A program made the position numbers and the translations under genes. The notes beneath the pieces were generated by a model, which worked only from the letters and a program-made list of their open reading frames with translations, did no database searches and was not told where the DNA came from. A DNA stretch of 31,770 nt from positions 1 to 31,770 of the forward strand of contig JASFYO010000018.1 in the NCBI GenBank assembly GCA_045047305.1. The letters run 5' to 3'. Origin of the DNA: Planctomycetota bacterium (lineage in GTDB: Bacteria > Planctomycetota > UBA1135). Shown in pieces: positions 1 to 9,374 of the stretch; position 1 is the first letter of the stretch, and each line of letters begins with the position of its first letter.

Positions 1-173
1 GTATTCACTCCATAAACCGGAGCGCCGCGCTTGACGATGGCATCGACCGTGGCGCGCGCTTTTTTTACCCGAGCAACCGCATCTCGTCCAAATACAAGTT
101 TGACTTCTTCACCCCGCGCAATCGCAGCAAGGGTGTCAGCGGAAAGGTCTTCACCGAGGTTAACGCGCAACAT
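1..173 (-). CDS. hutH: Histidine/aromatic amino acid ammonia-lyase (HAL/PAL family), N-terminal 57 aa, runs off the window edge
   Basis: Not in the ORF track. Manual translation from ATG at 173 gives MLRVNLGEDLSADTLAAIARGEEVKLVFGRDAVARVKKARATVDAIVKRGAPVYGVN(T), ending in the start of the family motif VYGVNTGFG. Substrate-specifying residues lie outside the window. Confidence 0.85.
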   Translation of the reverse strand, partial: MLRVNLGEDLSADTLAAIARGEEVKLVFGRDAVARVKKARATVDAIVKRGAPVYGVN

Positions 174-230
174 GGCGAGGATTTTACGCGCGCGGTCGAA
201 AGATGCGGCGACGAGTATGCTCATAAAGAT
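174..230. promoter_or_regulatory. Compact divergent promoter region with two -10-like boxes
   Basis: TAAAAT on the minus strand (186-181) is 7 nt before the hutH ATG. TATGCT on the plus strand (216-221) is 9 nt before the kinase ATG. No Shine-Dalgarno before either gene. Confidence 0.55.
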
Positions 231-2090
231 ATGACTGCTCGTCCTACGTCCCGCCGCGCCGGCCTAATCCAGATTTGGACATGGTCGATGACCACGGCCG
301 CAGTCTTGCTTCCGCTACTAGCGTGGTCGATGCAGCGCGACCCGGAGGCCTCGGCGTGGGCAGAAGCTCAGGCAGAAATGAATGCGCTGGTCCCGCGTTT
401 GCTGGCTGAGGTGGCAGCAGTGCGCGGGGAGTTGCTCGCCGACGAAGCGAGATCCGCACTGTTTGCCTCGGAGCTAGATGCCGACGGCCGAGTTTTAGCT
501 CTTCCGCAAAAGGTCGAGGCCGAGGCGCTGGAAGGCGCAATGCGTTCGTCGGCGGCGGAAGAATGGTATTCCGAGGGGCTGCGCAGATTGTCGGACCCGA
601 CGGCAGCGCTTTCGGCCTTTGAGAGTGCAGCGGAAGTCGTGGCAGATGGAGAGGATGGAGTTGGGGTGATGATTGACCTCAAGCGCGGGGAAATCCTGCA
701 ACGCTTAGGGCGCACCGAGGAAGCTGTGGCACTTCTCACTCCATGGCTTTTGCGGGTAAAAGATACCTGGACCCTGCGCGACCTCCCGGTCGGTTTGTTG
801 CTCGCCCACCGCATCGCCGATGGCCTGCTATTGCTCGGCAAGCAGCGTGAGGCCGATGTGGTGTATCAAGACTTGCAGGAAAAATTGCTCTATGGAACCT
901 GGCCGTTGGCTGCATCAGAAGTAGAAGTGCAGCTACAGTTTTTGCGCGTGCTGGATGATGGCGGCAAGGTCGAGCAACAATTGCATTTGCGCAAGTGGTT
1001 GGATTTGATTCCGTCGACCCCGCCAGACCCTGGATTACGTTTAGAGGAAGGCGTCCTCCTGCTCGTCGACCACAGTCTTTCCCGTGCCGTTCTGGTTGCG
1101 GCCGACTCCACTCAAGCACTCTTACTACAAAGACTCAAAGCCTTGCTTCCGCAGGAGCGGCAGTTCACATTATCCCAGGTCCAGCAGAAAGATCTCAATA
1201 CCGCCCTTCCTAATATGCAGATTGAAGCCGCCGCTCTCTTTCTGACCAATATTCAGCTCTATCTCGACAACCTCGACTCTTTCGTGGAACCCCTCCAGCA
1301 GCGTCAAATCCTTGTTTTTGCGGTCGTCCTACTCCTGTCCATTGGGCTCCTAGGACTGTCCTGGTTCGGCCGACGCCTACTCTTGCGCGAAGAATCCCTG
1401 CAACGCACCCGCACCGAATTTCTGGCTGGCGTCAGTCATGAGCTACGCACACCTGCCGCATCCTTATCTATGTTGTCAGACAACCTTCTTCACGGTCGGG
1501 TGAAAGGCGAAGAACGGGTGCAAGAGTATTACCGCTCGATGCGCCGCGATGCCCGACGCCTTGAGCGTTTGGTTGCCGATGTGTTAGATGTCACGCGCAT
1601 GGATCGCGGAAGTTTTTCCATCGACCGCCAGGACTGCGACCTTGCACCAGTTTTGCATGGACTCATCGAAGAACAAGCGCCGCGCTTGGCCGATGCCGGA
1701 ATCGCATTGACCTGCGATATCGCCAACCACCTCCCCCATCTTGCGCTCGATGCCTTCGCCGTAGAACGTGCATGCGCCAACCTCATCGAGAATGCCAGAC
1801 GCTATGCCAGCGCCGGCAAGAGCATTCATCTAAGTGCATGTCCTACCCAAAGTGGAGGCATCACTTTGCGCATTTCTGATCGCGGTCCGGGCATTCCCGA
1901 AGCATGGCAGGAACGCATCTTTGAAGCCTATGAACGACTGCCGCAAGATCAGACTTTGGCCGCTGGAGCCGGGCTCGGCCTCGCCTTGGTGAAGGCCGTC
2001 ATGCTTGCGCACGATGGCAAGGTTTGGGTAGAACAGGGCGCCGAGAACGTCGGCGCTTGCTTCGTGCTAGAGTTTCCCGCGCATGCCTAA
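231..2090 (+). CDS. Membrane sensor histidine kinase (HisKA + HATPase_c) with large helical, TPR-like extracytoplasmic region
   Basis: Two hydrophobic segments (about aa 13-33 and 360-380), H-box EFLAGVSHELRTP, N-box NLIENARRY, G1 DRGPGIP, G2 GAGLGLALV. No obvious HAMP between TM2 and the H-box. Confidence 0.95.
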   Translation: MTARPTSRRAGLIQIWTWSMTTAAVLLPLLAWSMQRDPEASAWAEAQAEMNALVPRLLAEVAAVRGELLADEARSALFASELDADGRVLALPQKVEAEALEGAMRSSAAEEWYSEGLRRLSDPTAALSAFESAAEVVADGEDGVGVMIDLKRGEILQRLGRTEEAVALLTPWLLRVKDTWTLRDLPVGLLLAHRIADGLLLLGKQREADVVYQDLQEKLLYGTWPLAASEVEVQLQFLRVLDDGGKVEQQLHLRKWLDLIPSTPPDPGLRLEEGVLLLVDHSLSRAVLVAADSTQALLLQRLKALLPQERQFTLSQVQQKDLNTALPNMQIEAAALFLTNIQLYLDNLDSFVEPLQQRQILVFAVVLLLSIGLLGLSWFGRRLLLREESLQRTRTEFLAGVSHELRTPAASLSMLSDNLLHGRVKGEERVQEYYRSMRRDARRLERLVADVLDVTRMDRGSFSIDRQDCDLAPVLHGLIEEQAPRLADAGIALTCDIANHLPHLALDAFAVERACANLIENARRYASAGKSIHLSACPTQSGGITLRISDRGPGIPEAWQERIFEAYERLPQDQTLAAGAGLGLALVKAVMLAHDGKVWVEQGAENVGACFVLEFPAHA

Positions 2091-2784
2091 TCCCAAAGCC
2101 ACCATCCTGTTAGTCGAAGACGAACCCTCCCTTCGTTTGGGATTGGTCGACGGCTTGAACAGCGAAGGATTTGAGGTGGTGGAAGCCGTCGATGGAGAAG
2201 CTGCACTCGCACTGCTCCTCCCCAACGCCCCCTTCGATGCCGTCTTGCTCGACCTCATGCTTCCGGGAATCGATGGCCTGGAAGTGTTGCGCAGAGTGCG
2301 CAGCCAATCCATTAGCATTCCCATTCTCATCCTTTCCGCACGCGGAGAAGATGCCGACCGTATTTTGGGTTTTGAGTACGGCGCCGACGACTTCATGGTC
2401 AAACCCGCCCCCTTACGCGAGGTCGTATTACGTTTGGGCGCCGTGCTCCGACGCAGGGAGCCGATTTCCGAAGCACTCACCAGCGCAAAGTTTGGCGACA
2501 TAGAAATCGACTTCGATGCCTATAGCCTCACCCGCGACGGCCAGCGCTTTGGCCTAAACCGAAAGGAACGCGACCTACTTGCCTTCTTCTTGCATCATGT
2601 TGGGGAACCCATCGAGCGCAGCCAACTGCTGACCGAAGTTTGGGGCCAACGCAGTCCATCGTCCTCGCGCACCGTGGATACGCATATTTTCCGCCTGCGG
2701 CAAAAACTAGAGGCCGACAGTGACCACCCGGTGCATCTGATTACCGTGCACGGTGTCGGATACCGCTTCGAGACTGGGCTTTAA
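2083..2784 (+). CDS. OmpR/PhoB-family DNA-binding response regulator
   Basis: Receiver motifs LLVEDE, LLDLMLPGIDG, GADDFMVKP, winged-helix tail SRTVDTHIFRLRQKLE...TVHGVGYRF. Overlaps the kinase stop by 8 nt. Confidence 0.96.
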   Translation: MPNPKATILLVEDEPSLRLGLVDGLNSEGFEVVEAVDGEAALALLLPNAPFDAVLLDLMLPGIDGLEVLRRVRSQSISIPILILSARGEDADRILGFEYGADDFMVKPAPLREVVLRLGAVLRRREPISEALTSAKFGDIEIDFDAYSLTRDGQRFGLNRKERDLLAFFLHHVGEPIERSQLLTEVWGQRSPSSSRTVDTHIFRLRQKLEADSDHPVHLITVHGVGYRFETGL

Positions 2785-2812
2785 GCTCCTATTCGCATAA
2801 AGCCGTGGACCG

Positions 2813-2856
2813 TTTGTGACAATTCTTTGACATAAGCTTGTCGAAGATGTGACGTC
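2813..2856. promoter_or_regulatory. OmpR/PhoB-type direct-repeat operator (11-bp period)
   Basis: TGACA at 2817 and 2828, TGTCG at 2839, TGACG at 2850, exactly 11 bp apart. The reverse strand reads TGTCA-N6-TGTCA, like a Pho box. A TAGAAT -10-like box follows at 2896-2901. Confidence 0.7.
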
Positions 2857-2905
2857 CGCAAGGCGACAACATGAGGGAGCTTTTCCGCGCCCCACTAGAA
2901 TCACC

Positions 2906-5716
2906 ATGCCATTTTTACTTACATCACTCATTCTCTGCCTTTTTCAAACGCCGCAACCCGAGCTTTCGATGAAGCAAAGCGAAGGCGCCTATACCAAAGC
3001 TATGCACCTGATTGATGTGCGCGGAAAATATTTCGAAGGTGCTGAAATCTTGGAAAGCATTGCGGATGCAGATGACGTGATTTGGTTTCCCGGCCAACCT
3101 TCTTGGATTCTGGCGCAAGCAGCGCGTGCGTACACCCTTGCTGGGAAGCCGGAACTGGCGTCGATGGATTTGGATTTGATCCGCGACGCGAGCCGAGGCA
3201 CTCGGTTTGAGGAACCGGTGCAGGCGCTATTGCTTTCCTTTGCGAGTCAAGGCGCGGGTTTGGATGAAGAGTTTCTTGACCATATTTGGAATCACCTCGG
3301 AACTGACGCGGACCGCAATCAACTGTATCGAGACTTTGGGACGGACATGCTCCCATATATTCGATACCTGTTAAACAATGTGGATAACGAAGTCAACCTT
3401 TCCACCCGAAGTGGAGCATTGCAAATTGCATTTACCATATTGGACATGGAATCGGTTGATTGGATGACGGAATTCCTGCTGACAGAAACACTTATTTCCA
3501 AGAAAGTGCTTTCCAAGATAAATCCAGAAGACGGCGGCTGGCTGGATCGTTTCCACAATTCTGAGGCAAGATCTGCCTTGGCAAAGGTTTTTCTAAATCT
3601 TTCTGATACGATTGATCAGGGTGAGCTTGACGCGGTGCTTTATCACCTAATCGCCATCCTTCAGTGGCCCGTTTCTTTGAGTGACTCGACAAGAGATGAT
3701 CCAACAACGGAGCAAGTGTATTCCAGAATCGTTCAATTGCTAGAAGCGGGGCACTTTGGAAGCAACAATAAGGCGCTAGATTACATTAAGGGCGGGTCCG
3801 GTAATAAGGGTTCCGGGCTTATGCCTCTCGCCATCAGAATCGCGAACAGTGAGCACCCAGAACTTAGGCATAAAATGCGCTGGATTTTGGTCAACAACCA
3901 ATATGCGAGAAACTCGATTAAGGAGTGGGCGAAAGAAGGGGGCGAAGAAAACATGCTGCGATTATGTTTGGCTACAAATAATTTAACTTATGCCCTATTT
4001 CACTCGGTAAACGGGCCTCTAGATCAAGAGTTTGGCAATTGGGCATTAGAGGAATTGCATGCTTCATTACCTGGCTTATCTTTGCCCGAATCACTGAACA
4101 CATGGCAGTCCGATGAACAAGATCTTGAAATTCTTGCGGGCATGACTTCGGCCAAGAACCCAGTCCTCCGTTTTTTCGCCGCGCACACTCTTATGCAAAA
4201 AACCGGTAAGCAAAAAGAGGCCGTTGCATTCCTACTTGATCTAGGGAAAGACTCTACTTGGGCATCTTACTTTCTAAAGTACTGGGCCCAATCAAACTAC
4301 CCGAGGAACCAAGTTACCGCAGACTCCATGAAAGTCCTAGAGCCTCTTGCTCAAAGCGGACCTCTTGTAGAAGAGACTCGCTTACTGTTGCAAGAAAATG
4401 GTGGCGCAATCATGACCAAAGAGATTTGGAAGGAGTTGGATTTGGCTCCAGGCTCTACAGTGTTGAACCTGTTCTTTCAAAGGTCCAAGGATTCGATGGC
4501 ATTTGATGACCTCCTGTGGATTATGTTGAACTCTGACCCAACATTATCTCCCGCCTCATCCTCTGCCGCGGTATTTGCCGACCGTGATCCCAAAGGTTAT
4601 CTTGCTGCTATTCCTCAGTTAGAAAAAGCTGGCCTCCGCTGGGATTACCTCACCGCCGAATGGGGCGCGTGGAAGAAAGTGGCGGAAAAATTTGGGTCCC
4701 CTTTCTTTGTGGGGGAAGAAAACAGGTTTGAAGAATTCCTAATCAAGATTTCGGATCGCTTTCTCGTGCCTGATATTTATCAAAGCACCCTGCAGTATGC
4801 TCCAGATGCCGCAATGGACTTTTTCGCAAGACACCTTGAGGATGAAAAAATAACTAGCCACCTTTACAAGAATGCCGGGGTTCTAAATATGGAGAGCCTG
4901 CAGTCCCCCACCAAGGCGGTTCAATTCTCCATCGCTCTCCTGCAAGCGGGGCGCGAAGACATTCTTAATCGCAACAAACAATTCTTCGGAGCTCTTTTAG
5001 ACCCAAAGCTGAAAGGCACCGAAGCCTTCTTCACTATTTTCTGGGCAAGAAACCCGCTTCGAACAGGCTTGTCGCAGCAATTTCTTCATACAACGATTTT
5101 CGATACCAAACTCCGATCACGTTTCCATTACGAAATGAGCCAACTGCTCTTGGTAGAAGCGTGGGCAGGATTAACTTGCAAAGAGTATGAAGCCGTTGGC
5201 GCTATCGATGAAATCTTAGAGGACTTGCTCCTCGCGATTAAGAGTGACCCAACCCCTAATAACCTCGCGAGTTTTCTAAGCACCATCAGCGCGGTAGATG
5301 ACCCTCGCGTAGTGGAAACTCTTATGCGTCACCTCGAGGATTCTCGCCCTCTAGTACATAATGCAGCCGCAACCGCCCTCGATAATCTCCGCGCCTCCCG
5401 CATCCGCAAACAAGAATGGTCCGCATGGGCTGCGGGTAACGGCGCTGTCAGTCCCATCGCTGCGCTGCTTCAAGATCTGAACGACCCTGAAAAGGAAATT
5501 CGTTTGGCTGCGATTGCATCGCTTGGCACCCTTCGCTCCACCGAAGCGCTTCCAGCCTTGGTGGATTTGCTACGCGATCAAGATGAAACGATCAAGGCCG
5601 CCGCACGCAAAGCGCTCGGGCGGATTAATACCGAGTCCAATTCTCAGGAGAAAATGCTCGAGGACTACAAAAAGGCAACAAATCAACAGGCCGAACCGGT
5701 AGGGCCCAAAAAGTAA
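2906..5716 (+). CDS. Large exported alpha-helical protein with C-terminal HEAT (PBS-lyase-like) repeats
   Basis: ATG 2906 preferred over GTG 2849 because it opens a hydrophobic leader MPFLLTSLILCLFQ and lies downstream of the operator. C-terminal repeats LMRHLEDSRPLVHNAAATAL, LLQDLNDPEKEIRLAAIASLG and LVDLLRDQDETIKAAARKALG. N-terminal TPR-like helices. Confidence 0.8.
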   Translation: MPFLLTSLILCLFQTPQPELSMKQSEGAYTKAMHLIDVRGKYFEGAEILESIADADDVIWFPGQPSWILAQAARAYTLAGKPELASMDLDLIRDASRGTRFEEPVQALLLSFASQGAGLDEEFLDHIWNHLGTDADRNQLYRDFGTDMLPYIRYLLNNVDNEVNLSTRSGALQIAFTILDMESVDWMTEFLLTETLISKKVLSKINPEDGGWLDRFHNSEARSALAKVFLNLSDTIDQGELDAVLYHLIAILQWPVSLSDSTRDDPTTEQVYSRIVQLLEAGHFGSNNKALDYIKGGSGNKGSGLMPLAIRIANSEHPELRHKMRWILVNNQYARNSIKEWAKEGGEENMLRLCLATNNLTYALFHSVNGPLDQEFGNWALEELHASLPGLSLPESLNTWQSDEQDLEILAGMTSAKNPVLRFFAAHTLMQKTGKQKEAVAFLLDLGKDSTWASYFLKYWAQSNYPRNQVTADSMKVLEPLAQSGPLVEETRLLLQENGGAIMTKEIWKELDLAPGSTVLNLFFQRSKDSMAFDDLLWIMLNSDPTLSPASSSAAVFADRDPKGYLAAIPQLEKAGLRWDYLTAEWGAWKKVAEKFGSPFFVGEENRFEEFLIKISDRFLVPDIYQSTLQYAPDAAMDFFARHLEDEKITSHLYKNAGVLNMESLQSPTKAVQFSIALLQAGREDILNRNKQFFGALLDPKLKGTEAFFTIFWARNPLRTGLSQQFLHTTIFDTKLRSRFHYEMSQLLLVEAWAGLTCKEYEAVGAIDEILEDLLLAIKSDPTPNNLASFLSTISAVDDPRVVETLMRHLEDSRPLVHNAAATALDNLRASRIRKQEWSAWAAGNGAVSPIAALLQDLNDPEKEIRLAAIASLGTLRSTEALPALVDLLRDQDETIKAAARKALGRINTESNSQEKMLEDYKKATNQQAEPVGPKK

Positions 5717-5721
5717 GCGCC

Positions 5722-7356
5722 CTAAGGCCGCAAGTCCAGCCCAGTGTCGTTTTCGATCCAAAGCTTGTCGACCTGCCGAATCAGTAGGTCGCCACGCTTC
5801 ACCACGACCCGATAGAAGCCTTGCTGCAAGCCTCCGAGGTCTTCACGCGCAGCGCCGTCGAGCATGATTTCCGCTTCTGGCACTGGGCCGCCGTCGCTGC
5901 GCATTAAGCGCAGGGCAGCAAGGCGGCGAATGTTTTCCATCACGATGCGAAAAGACTTGCCAACCGTTTTCACATCCCGTCGGGCGGTGCGCTTGCCTTT
6001 CACCTCTGCCGTAAGCAAAAGATGTCCAGTGCCTTGCGGGTGATCGCCGAGTGCAAACTCAAATCGACCTTGCGCATCGCTTTTGCTTTCGCGCAACAAC
6101 TGCGCCGGCACTGGAATCCGCACTGCAACCGGAGATTCGCCTAAGCCAGGATAGAGCGCACCCAAAACGCGGTCGGGATTCACTGCCTCTAAACGCATCC
6201 GGGCATTGGCCAACGGGTTGCCATCGGCATCTACCACCTCCCCGCTCACGGTTGCGTTTGCCTGGCGAATCACAAAATCGGCTGTGGCCGCAGAGGAAAT
6301 GCTTGGTTGCACCGAACGCACACCAGGATTGCAAATGCCCAAGGGGTGGAAGGCGCGCACATCTAACAGGTTGGAAATCGGCACATTCTCCAAACGGTAA
6401 CGTCCTTCGCGGTCGGTCATCACGCCCTGCCAGTCTTCCCAAATGACCTGGAAGCCTCCAATATTCGAAGCACGCGGAATCATAGTGATCGTAGGCAACG
6501 GCCCCCCCGGCCACGACTTCACGCGACCGCGGATAGCACCTCCAACTGGAAGTGGAGGAAGTTCGATGGGTGCACTCGTCACCAAGGCTGGGAACAGGTT
6601 CATTTCATAACGCACCGGCACATGACCTTTGGCGCGGATGTCTAAAACCACGCGCCTCCCACCAGGGATTCCGTCTAGCTGTACCATGCCCTTCTCGTTG
6701 GTCACACCACCACGCAAACCAAGATCGGTTTTGACCTCCGCGCCTTCCAAATCCTTGTTTTTATAGTCCTTCAGATGCAGAGTCACCGACAAGGTTTCAC
6801 TAAGGAAAAAGTCGCGCTTGGTTTCCGCCTGGCTTAGCACCCGCTGCATGCGCACTGCGGTTGGAGTCGTACGTGATTGCAGACGCACAAAATGTAAGCC
6901 CGGGATCAATCCTTCCAGGCGGTAGAAGCCGTCGGCATCGGTGAAGGCCGTTTTTCCATCTTGCGGACCGCCTTCGATACGCATCTCCACACCTGCGGCG
7001 CCGAGGCCGTCGGCACCGTAAACCTTGCCTTTCAAAACACCGGGGCGATGCACTTGAATCAACGCATCGTCGCGACTGCCTAAGTAGAACAACTCCACTT
7101 GCAGCGGTCCCACTCCAGGAAGCGGACGCCCCTCTTCACGGTCTAAGGTCCCAGCAACTGGATGAGCGAGGTCCGCAAGCAAAACCTCTTGTCCGCCCGG
7201 GCCTGCTGGGATTTCCGTCTCCACATCTGAAAACAGTACCCAAGTTAGGAGCAAAACCAAAAAAACACCCCCACCAAGCAAAATGCGTGGGTCGACGGCG
7301 CCTCGTTGCGAGTGAAAAAGCACTCTCAGCGGGATTTTAAAGTTCGGAAGTTGCAC
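5722..7356 (-). CDS. Membrane-anchored protein with repeated carboxypeptidase regulatory-like (transthyretin-like beta-sandwich) domains
   Basis: N-terminal TM ILLGGGVFLVLLLTWVLF, repeated motifs LKGKVYGADG..TDADGFYRLEGL, IRGRV..TDREGRYRLENV and VSGEVVDADGNPLANA..SDAQGRFEF. Start moved to GTG 7356 to avoid overlap with the divergent CDF gene. Exact start uncertain. Confidence 0.8.
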   Translation of the reverse strand: MQLPNFKIPLRVLFHSQRGAVDPRILLGGGVFLVLLLTWVLFSDVETEIPAGPGGQEVLLADLAHPVAGTLDREEGRPLPGVGPLQVELFYLGSRDDALIQVHRPGVLKGKVYGADGLGAAGVEMRIEGGPQDGKTAFTDADGFYRLEGLIPGLHFVRLQSRTTPTAVRMQRVLSQAETKRDFFLSETLSVTLHLKDYKNKDLEGAEVKTDLGLRGGVTNEKGMVQLDGIPGGRRVVLDIRAKGHVPVRYEMNLFPALVTSAPIELPPLPVGGAIRGRVKSWPGGPLPTITMIPRASNIGGFQVIWEDWQGVMTDREGRYRLENVPISNLLDVRAFHPLGICNPGVRSVQPSISSAATADFVIRQANATVSGEVVDADGNPLANARMRLEAVNPDRVLGALYPGLGESPVAVRIPVPAQLLRESKSDAQGRFEFALGDHPQGTGHLLLTAEVKGKRTARRDVKTVGKSFRIVMENIRRLAALRLMRSDGGPVPEAEIMLDGAAREDLGGLQQGFYRVVVKRGDLLIRQVDKLWIENDTGLDLRP

Positions 7357-7399
7357 GTTCGGTCTAGCGACGGGATGCAGAAAGGTTATCTTCCATTCT

Positions 7400-8290
7400 A
7401 TGGAGCTGCCAACCTCCGACCTACTCGGAAAACGTCGTTCGACTACCGCTAAGACCACCGTGAAAGTGGCTCTGGGCTTGGTGGTCATGAAAGCGCTGGC
7501 ATTTCTCTACACCGGCTCCAGCGGCATCCTCGGTTCCGGCCTCGATTCGCTCTTCGATGCGCTCGCATCGCTGCTGGTTCTATGGGCCATTATCACCGCC
7601 GAGCGCCCTGCGGACGCCGACCACCCGTGGGGCCACGGCAAAGCAGAGGGGCTTGCAACACTATTTCAATCGCTTTTCATCCTGATTAGCGGCCTTGGGC
7701 TCTCGGTTCACACCGTCAACCGCTTCCTGCACCAAGAGAATGCCACCATCCAGATGCCTTGGACCGGCGTTGCAGTCATGGTGATTTCGAGTGTCGCCAC
7801 AATTTGGCTGGTACGTCGTCTACAGACCGTAGCCAGAGAGACCGGCTCCCCCGCGCTTGCCGCCGACTCCAAGCATTACACCTCCGATTTGATGATGAAC
7901 GTGGCGGTCATCGTGGGCTTGGCCCTCGGCTGGCTATTGGACGGCGCACTTTGGCCTGACCTTGTAGTGGGTGTGGGTATTTCCCTGCTGATTCTCAATA
8001 CTTCACGAGAGGTCTTTCTCTCCTCCATCGAGATTCTGATGGACCGCGGATTGCGTCCGCGCGAGGCAGCCGCGATTTTGGAATCGGTCACCCACTTTGC
8101 ACCCCAGGTCGCCGGATTCCACGATTTGCGTAGCCGCCATTCTGGAGCCGATATCTTCCTCGAACTGCACCTCGACCTTCACCGCGACATGAGTTTCGTC
8201 GAGGCGCACGATCTAAGCGAGGAAGTCGGTGCTGCGATCGAGAAAGCGCTGCCAAACAGCATGGTGACGGTACACGCTGACCCGCTTTAG
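7400..8290 (+). CDS. fieF: Cation diffusion facilitator transporter, FieF/YiiP type
   Basis: TM2 DSLFD and TM5 HYTSD metal-site motifs, PADADHPWGHGKAE loop, C-terminal domain HDLRSR..EAHD..VTVHADP. Confidence 0.9.
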   Translation: MELPTSDLLGKRRSTTAKTTVKVALGLVVMKALAFLYTGSSGILGSGLDSLFDALASLLVLWAIITAERPADADHPWGHGKAEGLATLFQSLFILISGLGLSVHTVNRFLHQENATIQMPWTGVAVMVISSVATIWLVRRLQTVARETGSPALAADSKHYTSDLMMNVAVIVGLALGWLLDGALWPDLVVGVGISLLILNTSREVFLSSIEILMDRGLRPREAAAILESVTHFAPQVAGFHDLRSRHSGADIFLELHLDLHRDMSFVEAHDLSEEVGAAIEKALPNSMVTVHADPL

Positions 8291-8328
8291 GTTAGAATGT
8301 TCGGTCATTCCGTCCTCGGAACACCGTC

Positions 8329-9372
8329 ATGAGCCCAGCTGAAACCCTCGAACTCGCCGAATTCCACGGCGACGGCATCTCTGCCGAACTATCTGCCGCA
8401 GTCCATTACATCGCTGAGCGCATGCCCATGGAGGTGCGCTTTCACGATGTCGACCTGAGCCTGGAGCGCCGCCAAACCGATGCGGAAGGCTCCTATCAAG
8501 ATGCGGAAAAGGCGATTCGCAAATACGGCGTAGCGATTAAGTACCCGACCATCACCGAGATTGAAAGCCCCAACAAGGTTTTGCGTGACCGTTTCGATTT
8601 CTCCGTGATTCACCGTCCGGTCACCAGCATTCCGGGCGTGAAAACCCGCTACAACGGCACGGTTGATCTCAACATCGTGCGCATTGCAGTTGGCGGCACC
8701 TATGAAGACGCTGGCCGACGCATTGGCTCGGAAGCTGCGGTTTCCGTGCGGGTGATTGAGCGCCGTCCAAGCTTTCAAGCTGCCAAGTTCGCTTTCGAAC
8801 TCGCGCAAAAGTTGGAATGCGGCGTCTGCAGCGCTTCCAAGTACACCATTCAGCGCGCCACCGACGGCCTGTTTGAGGAAGTCGTTGCTGGAGTTGCTAA
8901 GGAATATCCAGAAGTGGAACACAAGATTGAGTTGTTCGATGCCCTACTCGCCAAGCTCATCATGAAGTCCGAGGACTACCGCGTTGTGGTCACGCCAAAC
9001 GAATACGGGGACTTCCTTTCGGATACCGCGTGCGGCATGATCGGCTCCATCGGTCTTGGTGCCAGCGCCTCCTACAGTTTCGACGACGCCGGCAAGGTCA
9101 CTCTCGCTATGTTCGATCCAGCCGGCGGCACCGCGCCAGACATTGCAGGTAAAGGATTGTGCAATCCATCGGCCGCACTTTGGGCCTTCGGCATGTTGCT
9201 TGAGCACCAGGGATGCCGCGCTCTGGGTGGCACCTTGAACGATGCCGTCCGCGATGCGATTTCGGCTGGGAAAACCACCGGTGACTTGGGTGGAAACCTG
9301 AGCACCATGGAATTCACCGAGGCCGTTTGGGAAGCTATGGCTGCACGCCTGACCGGCGGCGATAAGCTGTAG
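8329..9372 (+). CDS. Isocitrate/isopropylmalate dehydrogenase family protein (probably NAD-dependent), divergent
   Basis: GDGIS, SPNKVLR, NEYGDFLSD, GSIGLGASA, TAPDIAGKGLCNP and KTTGDLGGNLSTMEFT motifs. TAGAAT at 8293-8298 upstream. Confidence 0.9.
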   Translation: MSPAETLELAEFHGDGISAELSAAVHYIAERMPMEVRFHDVDLSLERRQTDAEGSYQDAEKAIRKYGVAIKYPTITEIESPNKVLRDRFDFSVIHRPVTSIPGVKTRYNGTVDLNIVRIAVGGTYEDAGRRIGSEAAVSVRVIERRPSFQAAKFAFELAQKLECGVCSASKYTIQRATDGLFEEVVAGVAKEYPEVEHKIELFDALLAKLIMKSEDYRVVVTPNEYGDFLSDTACGMIGSIGLGASASYSFDDAGKVTLAMFDPAGGTAPDIAGKGLCNPSAALWAFGMLLEHQGCRALGGTLNDAVRDAISAGKTTGDLGGNLSTMEFTEAVWEAMAARLTGGDKL

Positions 9373-9374
9373 GC

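Noticed and set aside
1..173. Idea that this lyase is a phenylalanine ammonia-lyase feeding benzoyl-CoA
   Set aside because: Specificity residues are outside the window, the gene is over 15 kb from the bcr operon, and histidase is the more common case.
31..234. 67-aa plus-strand ORF in the track
   Set aside because: Shadow of the minus-strand hutH-family N-terminus, which has a recognisable motif.
2813..2870. Short periodic repeats as a CRISPR-like or iteron array
   Set aside because: Units are 5-bp cores at an 11-bp period with no long repeats, spacers or cas/rep genes.
2849..2905. N-terminal extensions given by the ORF track (also 7357-7488, 12832-12891, 21523-21618, 25838-25879, 30943-31110)
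   Set aside because: They overlap neighbouring genes, an operator or a terminator, or add no family motifs. Downstream starts give coupling or signal peptides.
2906..2950. Lipoprotein signal in the HEAT protein (LILC)
   Set aside because: Does not fit the lipobox consensus at the -1 position and lacks a basic n-region.
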